Both the position numbers and the translations under genes were made by a program. A DNA stretch of 64,000 nt, from assembly GCF_006345805.1 (NCBI RefSeq), contig NC_043016.1, forward strand, positions 16,926,001 through 16,990,000, in the 5' to 3' direction. Source of the stretch: Octopus sinensis (taxonomy: Eukaryota). How positions within the stretch are numbered: position 1 is the stretch's first letter; each line of letters begins with the position of its first letter. The notes beneath the pieces are model-generated. The model saw nothing but the letters and a program-made list of their open reading frames with translations, was not told the DNA's origin and did no database searches. Shown piece after piece: positions 35,408 through 48,417 of this stretch.

Positions 35408-36290
35408 GCAATACTGAAATCCTTGTTGCAAAAGGAATTCTTACTGATATATGTAATTATCTGACAGGCAAGCAATTAGTGCAAATATAAGCAAATTTTT
35501 AATGGCACACGCTCTTTGATTTTTAGGAGGTCCTTTTTACCCGGGGAAGGGAAGAAATAATGAAAAAACAAACAAAAAAGAAAGACCCTCATCCTCACCT
35601 GCTCAAAGTCTTTTATTTATTAAAAGCAATATTGAAATATTTGTCTGTCTGAAGGGGTTATTTTGTTGATGTATGTGTTTGTTGAATATAGTTTAGTATA
35701 AAATTAAGCAAATTTAAATGACATAATCGTTGATTTATGGCATATCCTTTAATTTGGAGAAGAAAAAAAATATATTCTTGATATATATATATATATGTAT
35801 ATATGTATATATATGTATGTGCATAAAAGCAGCACTGAAATCTTATCATGAAAGAAGTCAGCATTTGAAGTAAATAAATGTTTGACAGGCAAGCAATTAG
35901 TTTAAACTTAAGCAAACTTTTAACCTTTTTTTTTTTGAAAAAAAAAAACAAAAAATTAATGGAGATCCTTTAATTTGTTAAAAAAATCCCAAAAGAACAA
36001 AAACACCTGAATACATTTTTTCTTGTACATGTGCATTAAAGCAATATTGAAAACTCTTGTGTGAAACCTTGTTGTATACGTAGGTAAATATATATGCATG
36101 AATGTAGGCAGATAGGTATGTACTTTGTAGTTTTGTTTTTCTTTTTCATGCTGGGCAACGATTAGAGCAGATATAAGCAAACCTTTTCATTGCCAAAGAA
36201 TCATGAATACATGGAAGATCATTTTATCAGGGATACATCTTAAGCAATATTAAAACTTCGTTTTTGTGTGAAGTAAGTTTGATGATAAAA
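35408..36290. repeat. Degenerate ~210-bp direct repeat, about five copies
   Basis: GCAATA(C/T)TGAAA-like anchors at 35408, 35626, 35829, 36041 and 36244; most are followed by TTAG..TAAGCAAA. Confidence 0.5.
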
Positions 36291-36347
36291 TGCGTGTAGA
36301 TGAATATCGGTTCATACACACACAAACACACACACACACACACATAA

Positions 36348-36386
<39 letters not shown>

Positions 36387-38063
36387 TATATCAACATAGA
36401 CGCACATGTATGAAGGTATGTACGCTCCTAAACACATTGACAACTGCAAATACGCACACAGTTTGTGATGAAGTGGAAGCGATAAGCCAATTTTCCCAGC
36501 CTAGTCTTGTCTCATTCTCTAAACAGCCCTACACCAAAACAAGAGATCCTTGAGGAGTTTCAAGGATATAGGCACGCAGTTAATATATTTCTCAAAGCAT
36601 GCAAAGTACATAGCTAATTGTTACTATCACTGAGGAAACTCAGTAACAGTCTACACTAAGATATTGTAAGCCAATTTTAATCAGTGTCTTTTTAGACATT
36701 AATGAACCTATGACATACTACGTGGCTGAACATGCTCCGTTCTAATTTGTTTTTAGACACAAGTCCAAGACCTATACATTGGAAGCAGATTTTAACATTT
36801 TCATCGGTGCATGTATGTATGTATATCAAACACACATACACATATGCAAAGAAGTATAGAAATAGATTCATGGCAGCCATTTAATAGACATTTTATTATA
36901 ATTCATACTCTATAACAGCATTATATATATATATATATTATATAATATATATATATATATACACATATATACATGCAGTTATATACATATATGTGTGTGT
37001 GTGTATGTATACACACACGCACACATACAAGTGAGTGAATAAAAGAAAGAAAAGGACACTCAACACATTATTAAGACTGCTTGATAAGGTTCTGTGTGAA
37101 ACTTTCAGTTGCATGGAACCATATCAAACTGTTTTAAATAATATATATGTATAAACACACACACACACACACACACGATATATGTTCTTACATACATGTA
37201 TATCTATTACATATATATATAATACATATGTATAAATATATGTATATACATATAAATATAAATGTATATGTATATATATATTTATATGTATATAGTACAT
37301 GTATAATCATGTAATATATATATATAGATGCCTATCAATTATATACACACACACACACACATTTATATACACACACATGGGACACACTACACACGAGTGA
37401 GTGTGTGTGTGTTGTGTGTAACATGTATCCTTGTATAAACATATCATTTAAAAAAAAACTGAAAGAAAACAAATATGAATATAGTGAACAATTGCGAATT
37501 AAATGGCTGCAACTCGCCTATTATGAATTCATTAATATATATGTATGTATGTGTGTGTGTGTATATATATTTATATACATACATGCATATGTACAATTTT
37601 GTATTTGCTGATTGCTTGCTGTTTTTTTTTTTACTTTTTGTTTTAGTTTTTTTTTTCAGTTTATGTTCAGAGTTATAATTGCTCTAAGATAGACTTGTAG
37701 TATTTATTATGCATTTAAGCAGTACACTTTAGGCATGAGTAGAATATAAAACATCTGAATTGAAAGTAAATTATGAGTAGTGTTTTTAGATATGTCGAGG
37801 CCAGTATCCTGAGCTTAGAAAATACCGAGATATATTTTTTGTAAAATAGTTATTGTAAGCACAAACATTCACACCCTTTCTCTCTCTCTCTCTCTCGCTC
37901 TCTCCCTCACACACACACATACACACAAATAACAGCAACAAATACATAAACACACAATTCCATTCATGCATGTACAAATAAATATATTTATTTGAATATG
38001 CTTTCACTGATATGCTAATACACACACGGCCACACACATGTATGTATATATGTATAAGTATGT

Positions 38064-38102
<39 letters not shown>

Positions 38103-38961
38103 ATATATATATATACATACAGACATGTTTGTGTATGTGTATATATATATATACATATATATGCATATGTTTATATATGTATATACACATATATATGCAT
38201 GATTATACATATATATATATATCTATGCAAACATAGATACATGATATATCCTTATTCTATATATATATACATACAGACATGTGTGGTGTGTGTGTATGCA
38301 TACAGACAGAAACACACACAAACATACACACACATAGTCACCATATCCTGCACATACTTAGTTCTATAGCAGAAGCTTGCATGCATACACTCAAGCCAGC
38401 AGTGAGCAACGGACAGATTATTAACATTTGTTAAAACAAAAACTGGTAGACCCCACTACACAGATCAGGGTCCATTTATATATGGTCTAAAGAAATATAT
38501 GATGAAATTTGTTGAGGTCAATGGTAGGTACCATGTCAGTAAAATAAACAATGCAAATAGAGGTTTAAATTACAAAAAAAAAAATAAAAGAAATTTCGGG
38601 AGACGATTTCAAATACTTAAAAGTAGCAAAACATGTTGTATGTTGCTAGGATTTTGATCGTGTTACAAAAATGATTCATTTTTTATGGCCAGATTCCATT
38701 CAATCTCATCTTGAAATCTTACTAGTAAATTCAAGCAAAATGGACTTTTAAATGTATATACATATATGTGTGTGTGTGTGTGTGTGTGTGTCTGTGTGTA
38801 TAAGTGCATATGTAAATATGTATATGCACAAACACACGCACACACACACACATATATATATATACATATATATGTACATATATACATACAAACACGTGCA
38901 TGCATACATAGAAACACATACAGGAATATACATGCAACTGTACATACTTTTAAATAATTAG

Positions 38962-38995
<34 letters not shown>

Positions 38996-39039
38996 ACGCA
39001 TATTTATTTACATATGTACACACATACACATAATATATT

Positions 39040-39250
39040 GGTTTAAAAATTTAGCATAAGGCCAGCAATTTCTGGGGGAGGAGCAAAGTTGATTACATCA
39101 ACCCCAGTGCATAACAGGTACTTGTTTTTTCAACCACAAAAGGATGAAAGGCAAAGTCGACCCTGGCGGCATTTGAACTCAGAACATCAAGACAGACGAA
39201 ATGCTGCTACGCATTTCATTTATTGTGTTAACGAATCTGCCTGATTGCCA
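39040..39250 (-). mobile_element. SINE (GGTGGTGAGCTGGCAG family)
   Basis: AAAGGATGAAAGGCAAAGTCGACCCTGGCGGCATTTGAACTCAGAAC. Confidence 0.75.
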
Positions 39251-39361
39251 ACTTATACATACATATAATATATTAACATGTACACCTGTTCATATGCGGA
39301 CGTATGTATGTGTATCTACATCAGCCTGATTATAATCCATGTGTCCTTCTATGGGGTATGA

Positions 39362-39401
<40 letters not shown>

Positions 39402-39444
39402 ATCTATATATCTATAATAGATATATATATATATACACATATAC

Positions 39445-39499
<55 letters not shown>

Positions 39500-39787
39500 A
39501 TATCATCATGTATAAATACACACATATATAAATACACACAAGCATACTGATTTATACATATATGTATTTATAAAAGTATATGTATATATCTATATCTATA
39601 TCTATATACATACATAATATATATATATATTATATATATATATATATATACCTATCTATATATCTATATATATATATATATAGATACATAGATAGATAGG
39701 TATATATATATATGTATATATATATATGTATATATACCTATCTATCTATCTATCCATATTTATACCTATATACCTATCTATCTATCT

Positions 39788-40022
39788 ATATGCTTTATTT
39801 TAAGCAGCAGAAAATTCAACAAAATCTGTTACTCTGAGTTTCTCGTTGCCATTCATCAGACAGTTTTTGCTAGCAAAAACTGTCTGATGAACGGCAACGA
39901 GAAACTCAGAGTAACAGATTTTGTTGAATTTTCTGCTGCTTAAAATAAAGCATATTACTCTACCACTGGTATTTGAGTACTCTTTTTTCCACCTTGTTTC
40001 ACATTTATGTGTTTACTCCGGT
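39788..40022 (+). mobile_element. Fold-back hammerhead element, family D
   Basis: Spacerless palindrome 39788-39955 (84-bp arms, one mismatch, centre GCTAGC). The sense arm continues to about 40022 and runs into (TATC)/(TA)n. Confidence 0.85.
39880..39917 (+). ncRNA. Minimal type I hammerhead motif (family D)
   Basis: CTGT-CTGATGA-A-CG-GCAA-CG-A-GAAA-CTCAGAG-TA-ACAG. The mirror copy lies on the minus strand in the left arm. Confidence 0.65.
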
Positions 40023-40434
40023 ATCTATCTATATATATATTTATAAATAGATAGATAAATACACGTGTATATGTGTGCGTGTATATCTCTCTCTCTCTCT
40101 CTCTATGTATGCATATATGTAAATTTCAACTATGTGCATATGTATGTATGTACACACAGACATACAGATGCAGACACAGACACACACACACGGGTAAAGC
40201 CTATCTATTAGATATTTAGCTGTAAAGTTTCAGAAATCTCTCAAAGAGTCAATGTTTCTTCTGTTTTAGCTATCAAACTTTTGAAGACTACAACACATGG
40301 AGTTCTTAGCTCTTAAATCACACATCAAATTTTATATATACATATACACACACACACACATATACATATATATATGGTGTATGGTGTATGTGTGTGTGAG
40401 TGTGTGTGTGTATGTAGTGTGTGTAGTGTGTGTG

Positions 40435-40470
<36 letters not shown>

Positions 40471-40471
<1 letters not shown>

Positions 40472-40549
40472 TTTATTAAAGCAGCAGAAAATTCAACAAA
40501 ACTTGTTACTCTGAGTTTCCCGTGCCGTTCGTCGGACAGTTTTTGCTAG

Positions 40550-40550
<1 letters not shown>
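40471..40550 (-). mobile_element. Family D single-arm copy in (TA)n, core mutated (CCGACGA)
   Basis: Similar to the left arm 39794-39873; flanked by (TA)n on both sides. Confidence 0.75.
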
Positions 40551-40602
<52 letters not shown>

Positions 40603-40631
40603 CATACATATATATATATGTATATATATGC

Positions 40632-40663
<32 letters not shown>

Positions 40664-40962
40664 GCATATACATACATACACACACATACATACAAAATTC
40701 TGAAACCGATATACCTAATGATGCAACACTGCAGACATAGACACAGATAAGAACACAATCCTAAGCACACATTCTCACATACATATATTCGTTGAATTAT
40801 ATTTCTTTATTTTTCTTTTGCTGAATCATTTTGGTAAGTTTAATCATTACTTATTTCAATGGTATTACAAATATTATCCTTGCATTCATTGCAGTTGAGC
40901 ATGTTTTAAGTTCTGTCCACAGTGTTTAGAAAAATCTGTCTGTTATGCGGACACTATTTTAC

Positions 40963-41096
40963 CTTGACGTCAAACGATGTAATAATCATCAGATGAGATT
41001 TAAATGCTTCAACTCTTCTCTCCAACACTGCAGTTTCATATTCTAAAATCTGAATATCACTGGCATTGCCATAGTCAATATCTCCGACTGGTTCAC
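40963..41096 (-). CDS. Internal coding exon of an unnamed gene (phase 1 to phase 0)
   Basis: Acceptor CTTTTACCGTTTTGTCCATCAACAG and donor GTAAAA; 134 bp open: (C)EPVGDIDYGNASDIQILEYETAVLERRVEAFKSHLMIITSFDVK. In frame with exon 52682-52802. Confidence 0.8.
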
Positions 41097-41284
41097 CTGT
41101 TGATGGACAAAACGGTAAAAGCATGAAGGAATATTCTCAATGATGCATCAAACGTATACTACTTTTGGTTAGAAATTGCATTTACCTTACAATTCTAAAT
41201 CAAAATTTACATTCACAATAAGCTCAAAAATTAGTTATATAATGTATAAACATTTTACATGGATAAATATTTGTATATATCTTT

Positions 41285-41490
41285 TATCTTTTACTTGTTT
41301 CATTTGTTTCACTGCAGCCATGCTGGAGCACCACCTTGACGGCTTTTAGTCAAACAAATCAACCCTAAGACCTAGTTTTTAAAGTCAAGTATTTATTCTA
41401 TCAGTCTTTTTGGCTGAACTGCTAAGTTATGGAGGACATAAACACACCAACAAAGGTTGTCAAGCATTGGAGGGGGACAATATATATGTG
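41285..41490 (-). mobile_element. SINE ((TAAAAGAG)n family), 3' half
   Basis: CTTTTATCTTTTACTTGTTTC..GCAGCCATGCTGGAGCACCACC..GACATAAACACACCAAC. Confidence 0.75.
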
Positions 41491-43420
41491 TGTGTATGTT
41501 TATATGTACATGTATGTAAGTGTGTATGTATGTATGAATGTATGTATGAATGTATGTATGTATGTATGAATGTATGTATGTATGAATGTATGTATGTATG
41601 TATGTATGTATGTATGTATGTATGTATGTATGAATGTATGTATGTATGAATGTATGTATGTATGTATGAATGTATGTATGTATGAATGTATGTATGTATG
41701 TATGTATGTATGAATGTATGTATGAATGTATGTATGTATGAATGTATGTATGAATGTATGTATGTATGTATGAATGTATGTATGTATGTATGAATGTATG
41801 TATGTATGTATGAATGTATGTATGAATGTTGTATGTATGTATGTATGTATGTATGTATGTATGTATGTATGTATGTATGTATGTATGTATGAATGTATGT
41901 ATGAATGTATGTATGTATGTATGAATGTATGTATGTATGAATGTATGTATGTATGTATGTATGTATGTATGTATGTATGTATGTATGTATGTATGTATGT
42001 ATGAATGTATGTATGAATGTATGTATGTATGTATGAATGTATGTATGTATGAATGTATGTATGTATGTATGAATGTATGTATGTATGAATGTATGTATGT
42101 ATGTATGTATGTATGTATGAATGTATGTATGTATGAATGTATGTATGTATGTATGTATGTATGAATGTATGTATGAATGTATGTATGTATGAATGTATGT
42201 ATGAATGTATGTATGAATGTATGTATGTATGAATGTATGTATGTATGTATGTATGTATGAATGTATGTATGTATGTATGTATGTATGAATGTATGTATGT
42301 ATGAATGTATGTATGTATGTATGTATGTATGAATGTATGTATGAATGTATGTATGTATGTATGAATGTATGTATGTATGAATGTATGTATGTATGTATGT
42401 ATGTATGAATGTATGTATGAATGTATGTATGTATGAATGTATGTATGAATGTATGTATGAATGTATGTATGTATGAATGTATGTATGTATGTATGTATGT
42501 ATGAATGTATGTATGAATGTATGTATGTATGTATGAATGTATGTATGTATGAATGTATGTATGTATGTATGTATGTATGTATGCATGTATGTATGTATGC
42601 ATGTATGTATGTATGTATGTATGTATGTATGTATGTATGTATGCATGTATGTATGAATGTATGTATGTATGTATGTATGTATGAATGTATGTATGTATGT
42701 ATGAATGTATGTATGTATGAATGTATGTATGTATGTATGTATGTATGAATGTATGTATGAATGTATGTATGTATGAATGTATGTATGTATGTATGTATGT
42801 ATGAATGTATGTATGTATGTATGAATGTATGTATGTATGTATGTGTGTATGTATTTATGTATGTACGTATGTATGTATGTATGTATGTATGAATGTATGT
42901 ATGTATGTATGTATGTATAAATGTATGTATGTATGTATGAATGTATGTATGTGTGTATGTATGTATGTATTTATGTATGTACGTATGTATGTATGTATGT
43001 ATGTATGAATGTATGTATGTATGTATGTATGTATGTATGTATGTATGTATGTATGTATGTATGTATGTATGTATGTATGTATGTATGTATGTATGTATGA
43101 ATGTATGTATGTATGTATTTATGTATGTACGTATGTATGTATGTATGTATGTATGTGTATGTATGTATGTATGTATGTATGTATGTGTGTGTGTGTGTAT
43201 GTATGTATGTATGCATGTATGTGTGTATGTATGTATGTGTGTATGTATGTGTGTGTGTGTATGTATGTATGTGTGTATGTATGTATGTATGTGTGTATGT
43301 ATGTGTGTATGTATGTATGTATGTATGTATGTATGTGTGTATGTATGTATGTATGTGTGTATGTATGTGTGTATGTATGTATGTATGTGTGTATGTATGT
43401 GTGTATGTATGTATGCATGC
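41490..43420. repeat. Giant (ATGT)n microsatellite with GAAT and GTGT variants
   Basis: About 1.9 kb, expanded from the microsatellite position of the adjacent SINE. Confidence 0.95.
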
Positions 43421-44344
43421 ATATATGCAAGCATATAAGTATGGGAAATTTGACTGGCAACTGTTGGTGCTACCACCTGCAGTTGCTTTCAAAGTAAGAG
43501 AAGGAGAGAAAGAGAGTTTACTAAGAAATAAAAGAGAGGGCGAGGTTTCCTTTAAGGGGAGAGAACCAGTGAGGGTTCATAATTTCTGCTTTGTTATTAT
43601 GAGAGGTCTTTTCTTGTAAGTGAGAAAACATGAAATAATATTTCCATATAACCCCCTTTTTTTCTCCTTTTGAGTGTCCTAGTAGCTGTAGACCATGTTG
43701 TTTTATTCTTCTTATGAGCTCCCCAATACGATATGACTTGGAATCATGAAATTAGTTGATCTGTGTTCATTTAAAACATTTAGGAATTATATAGGCTTAA
43801 TTTTCTTTTGTATTTTTCTTTTTTTATTTCTTGCTCAACAGTGGAAAGAGATTGAGTGACAGAAATATATATAATGCACTGATCCATGATTATAAATATA
43901 TGAAGTGAGTTTTCAGGGACATGTTATCCAGGTGGATACCATGTTTGTTCTCAGTTCGGTTACAGATGCCAGCTAACACAACAGCCTGTACTTGGTGCAC
44001 TTACCTATAATATGTTGTTAAACATTGGTAAATTTTCTAGTTGGGTAACTCCCTGTGTCCTACTCAGGACTACAAAGGTTCTGCAGTGTGTAAAATAACA
44101 TTAATAATAAGGAGAATTGAGATTTGCACATCAATAGTTTATTTTACATTTATATTCACAGCATATTACCATGACCTGCATCTGTTTCCCCTGTTGTGAC
44201 TGCATACTGTTGCAAATGCAACCTTGCAATATTGTCAGTGCAGTTTCCTCAGGGCTTCTACCTTAGGTCTGCTTTGAATTAAAATAAATTACTAATATGC
44301 AAATCTCCATTCTCCTTGTGGCCAATGACAGTGTCACCTTGATC

Positions 44345-44598
44345 GACATCTGTGCCGGTGGCATGTAAAAAGTGATCGATGCCAGTTTCCCCTGGCCCCT
44401 GTGCCTGTGGCACATAAAAAAAGTGCCCACTACACTCTCAGAGTGATTGCTGTTAGGAAGGACATCCAACTGTAGAAACACTGCTTGATCAGATTGGGGC
44501 CAGGTGCAGCCTCCTGACTCCCCAGACCCCAGTCAAACCACCCAACCCATGCCAGCATGGAAAAACGGACGTTAAACGATGACGATGAGGATGATGAT
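44345..44598 (+). mobile_element. RTE 3' UTR-derived element with (GAT)n tail
   Basis: GTGCCGGTGGCATGTAAAAAG..CCCACTACACTC..CAACCCATGCCAGCATGGAAAAACGGACGTTAAACGATGA. Confidence 0.8.
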
Positions 44599-44876
44599 GT
44601 GTGTGTGTGCACGTGCGTGCATACATACATAATACATAATACACACATATCATGATAAGTGTAAACAAACCAATGCTTGCCTTAGAAGCACTGAAATGTG
44701 TATTGGGAGAAAGAAGTAAGATAATAATTTGAAAATGAATTATATTCTCATTTGTATCTCACAATATATGTGTGTGTGTGTGTGAGTGAATACATACATA
44801 CATATATATATAAAATTAACAGAATGAGGTAAAAATCCAAGTCTATGAAAGATTTCAGAACATTTATAAAGAGAAA

Positions 44877-44924
44877 GTCTTACAGTTGTTTCCGGGATAT
44901 TTTACATATCCCTTCATCAGAGAC
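44877..44924 (-). ncRNA. Minimal type I hammerhead motif (family B, left arm)
   Basis: GTCT-CTGATGA-A-GGGATAT-GTAAA-ATATCCC-G-GAAAC-AACT-GTA-AGAC. Confidence 0.7.
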
Positions 44925-45289
44925 GGTGCAAGAAAATGGTTAAGCAATAATTATTCTAGATAAGATATGAAATAGAGAGTGGAGTGGAGGAATGAAAATA
45001 GACATGAGTTACGTAAGGATATTGTATCTGCAGTTCCATTATTTAAGCAGAATGGTTTACATATAAGATTCCAGTACCTTGTGAGTAAATTCCAATTGGA
45101 ATGACCAATTTTAAATACTACTGGAACTTACACACAAGGTACAGGAAACATATGTAAACCATTCTGCCTAAATAATGGAACTACAGACACAATATCCCTG
45201 CATATCTCACATCTATTTTCATTCCTCCACTCCACTCTCTATTTCATATCTTATCTAGAATAATTATTGCTTAACCATTTTCTCAGACT

Positions 45290-45337
45290 GTCTCTGATGA
45301 AGGGATATATAAAATATCCCGAAAACAGCTGTAAGAC
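45290..45337 (+). ncRNA. Minimal type I hammerhead motif (family B, right arm)
   Basis: GTCT-CTGATGA-A-GGGATAT-ATAAA-ATATCCC-GAAAA-CAGCTG-TA-AGAC; palindromic stem III CAGCTG. Confidence 0.6.
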
Positions 45338-46059
45338 CTTCTATTTATAAATATTCTGAAATTCTTCACAGCCTTGGATTTTATCTCATTCTGTTAATTG
45401 TGTATTCATATCTACGCATGCTGATATATGAGATACGTTGGACTCCTCATTCGCATAATCACCAAACATGGAGCTTAACTACAGTCTGTCCATAGCACTT
45501 ACTCAACATTACCTGACACCTTTGGGTCTTATTGACACCATTACCTCTCATAACCTATATATACACTCATATACACATAGACAAGATGTGTTATTTATTG
45601 ACTGGTCCTTACACTTCCTCTCAAATTGAAACAACATGGCAGTCACTGGAGAACATTATTCACTTACACAATGTTCAAAAAACACTCCTACAAAACTCAC
45701 AAGCACAGATAGATGTAGGATTCCAAGAGAGAAAATGCACTCATCAGGAAAAATAAAAGATTTAATTTAAAAAAATGAACCAGTTAAAATACTGCCACCA
45801 ATATCATCCACAATCAACAAAAATAAGAGCACTTGAGTTGGAAAAATATCATCTGCAGGTCAGCATGAAAGCACCAACAACCAAAGGACTGCAGAGGGAA
45901 ACTAGGTTATTAAAAAAGAAAATAAACACAACCTAAAAGTGTTCTATTCTTTTGCTTACAAGCATAAGACTGCTGTCTTACCCATTCTTCACAACATTCT
46001 TCACATGATTCTAAATAAATATTAGAAGTTCTGTAAACACAATATTATTCTGTCTTTAG

Positions 46060-47220
46060 TGATTTCACTGATGTTGACTTCAGATATTTCAACAAATTCA
46101 ATCTCCAACTTATTATTTCTGACATAACTTTTACTATCTCAGACATCATTGCAGCAATAAATAAAACTAAGCATTATTCTTTAGTAGGCTCTGATAAATT
46201 CCCTGCCAGTGTCCTGAGGAAACCCCTCTAACTAACTTCTGGAGGTTATATACTGAAAAAGGTTCTTTTCCCAATCCGTCATTCTGACCTTCAAAAAGAG
46301 AAACAAGTCTCTTGTTAAGTCTCGCTCAATTTCACTCACCTCCCATATCATCAAAGTGTTTGAGGGGGTGGTGAGATCAAGGATAACTTAGTTTCCTGGA
46401 GAATAACAAATTCCTAAATTCCAACCAGCACAACTTTTGGTGCAGCAGACACTGCCTAATACGGCTCTTCCATTGCCTTAATGATGTCCTTAAAGTTTTG
46501 GAAATAGGCTTGAACTCTGATGACATATATCTTGACTTCAGCAAAGCTTTCAATAAAGTCAATTACAATATCCAACCATTTAAATTGTCCAATACTGGAA
46601 TCTGTGGTAAACTGTTGAACTGAACCCAACAAATTGTGATTAATGGAATTTACTTGAGCCCAGTAAAGTCACCAATGGCATTCCCCAAGGGACTGTTTTT
46701 AGGCCTACTTCTCTTTATAGTCTACATAAACGACATCTCAAATATCATCAAACACAACAAAATGAAAAATATTTGCAGATGACATCAAGCATCAAAATTT
46801 ATCAATGGATCAGACTGGACAAAACTCCAGCCCGATTAACATGCTATAAGTCAATGAGTGGAGAAAAACATCATGCTGTTAAATGAAGGAAAATTTGAAC
46901 TGATGCACTTTAGAAAAGAGAATGCACCCAAACAATCATATTTACTTCTTTCAGGAGAACTATTTATGAAATCCAATGATATCAACGACTTAGGAGTAAT
47001 TGTTGACAACAATACCAGCTGGAGTGCTCACATCAGCAATATGTCTCCACAGGGAGTTCCTGGGTCCTCAGGATTTTCTGGTTCCAAGAGCCAGATGTTC
47101 TCATTCCCCCTTTTATTCCTCTTCTGCATGAATACAACTACCCCATACCAAACAAAGCATTACACAGAGAGCAATCAATAAAAAATAAAAAGTATGATTG
47201 ATCTTGATCATTGGGACTGT
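46060..47220 (+). mobile_element. CR1/L2-type LINE RT remnant, heavily degraded
   Basis: IYLDFSKAFNKV, GIPQGTV..YINDI and FADDIK across frameshifts. Confidence 0.75.
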
Positions 47221-47225
47221 CTTAA

Positions 47226-47445
47226 CCCTTTCGTGACCAACCTGGCTGAAACCACCTCTAGCTCTGAGTACAAATGTTTTGTTTTCATAAGTTTTGAATT
47301 AAAATCTTCCACCAAACCTTAGCCACAATTTATGTTCCTAACACTAGTGAAATGATAACGAAGTCATTTTACTAAGTTCTTTATTATATTTAAAGTAATT
47401 GAAAGAAACACAGAGCATCTCAAAATAGATTCAGTAATGAAAGGG
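47226..47445. mobile_element. piggyBac-type MITE
   Basis: TTAA at 47222-47225 and 47446-47449; imperfect TIRs CCCTTTCGTGAC and GTAATGAAAGGG. Confidence 0.75.
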
Positions 47446-47964
47446 TTAAAGCATTGAATCTTTATTCTCTCCTGTGGCACAGTGAGTGTTACATCATTTG
47501 TACAGTGTGAAGAATATATCATCAGCATTGCCCAGAAAAACTTAACATCAAATTCAGAATTCATCTAAAGATGGGACCACATGCCATACACCTCCAACAC
47601 AATTCAGGCTTATAACACATAAATTCACTGCAACAGAATTTCTTTTCTTCAATAGGCCCTATTTTACAGTAACTGGCACCCATGGTGGTGGCACATAAAA
47701 AGCACCTTTCAAAATAATGCAGTCATTGAAAGCAAGGGCAGTCACACCAAATATTGAATATAGCAAATTTCCTTTAGGGTGTATATATTTTTGTATCATT
47801 CAAAAATTAATATTTTGTTCATATCTTTGAAAATGTTTATTGTTTTGTGTTCCAAATATGTATAATATATTTTATTCAATATAAATTTCATTTGATTTCC
47901 TTCTTTATCAGAGTAATGGCAATTTTACTGAAATTTTTTTTGGGGTGTACATACTTCTGTGAGA

Positions 47965-48205
47965 TATCATCATCATCATCATCATTTAACGTCCGCTTTC
48001 CATGCTAGCATGGGTTGGACGATTTTGACTGAGGTCTGGCATACCAGGCTCCAGTCTGATCTGGCAGAGTTTCTACAGCTGGATGCCCTTCCTAACGCCA
48101 ACCACTCTGAGAGTAGTGGGTGCTTTTACGTGCCACCGGCATGAGGGCCAGTTTGGTGGTACTGGCAACGGCCATGCCCAAATGGTGCTTTTTACGTGCC
48201 ACCTG
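47965..48205 (-). mobile_element. RTE 3' end
   Basis: CATCATCATTTAACGTCCGCTTTCCATGCTAGCATGGGTTGGACG..CTACAGCTGGATGCCCTTCCTAACGCCAACC. Confidence 0.85.
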
Positions 48206-48224
48206 CACAGGAGCTAGTGTGGAA

Positions 48225-48417
48225 AACAGATGTGTGATGGAAAACAGTAATGTATATAGAGGGCAATATGTGGTGTATATAAGATGTGTGATGATGTACA
48301 GTAATGTATATAGAAAATTATACATGGTATATATAAGACTTGTGTTGGTGTATAGTAATGTATATAAAGGATTATAAGTGGTGTATATAAAGTGTGTGAT
48401 GGTGTATAGTAATATAT
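48225..48417. repeat. Degenerate ~53-bp minisatellite (GGTGTATATAAGATGTGTG..), continuing at 49140-49190 and 49420-49480
   Basis: Recurring AGTAATGTATATA..TGGTGTATATAAG motifs, split by later insertions. Confidence 0.55.

Larger units (their letters stand above)
44814..45545 (+). mobile_element. Fold-back hammerhead element, family B
   Basis: ~250-bp inverted arms 44814-45064 and 45150-45399. The sense arm continues to about 45545 into TA-rich sequence. Confidence 0.85.

Noticed and set aside
41393-43619. Long HTYI/MYVC ORFs, and similar ones at 49767-50808 and over TA tracts
   Set aside because: Translations of tetranucleotide and dinucleotide microsatellites.
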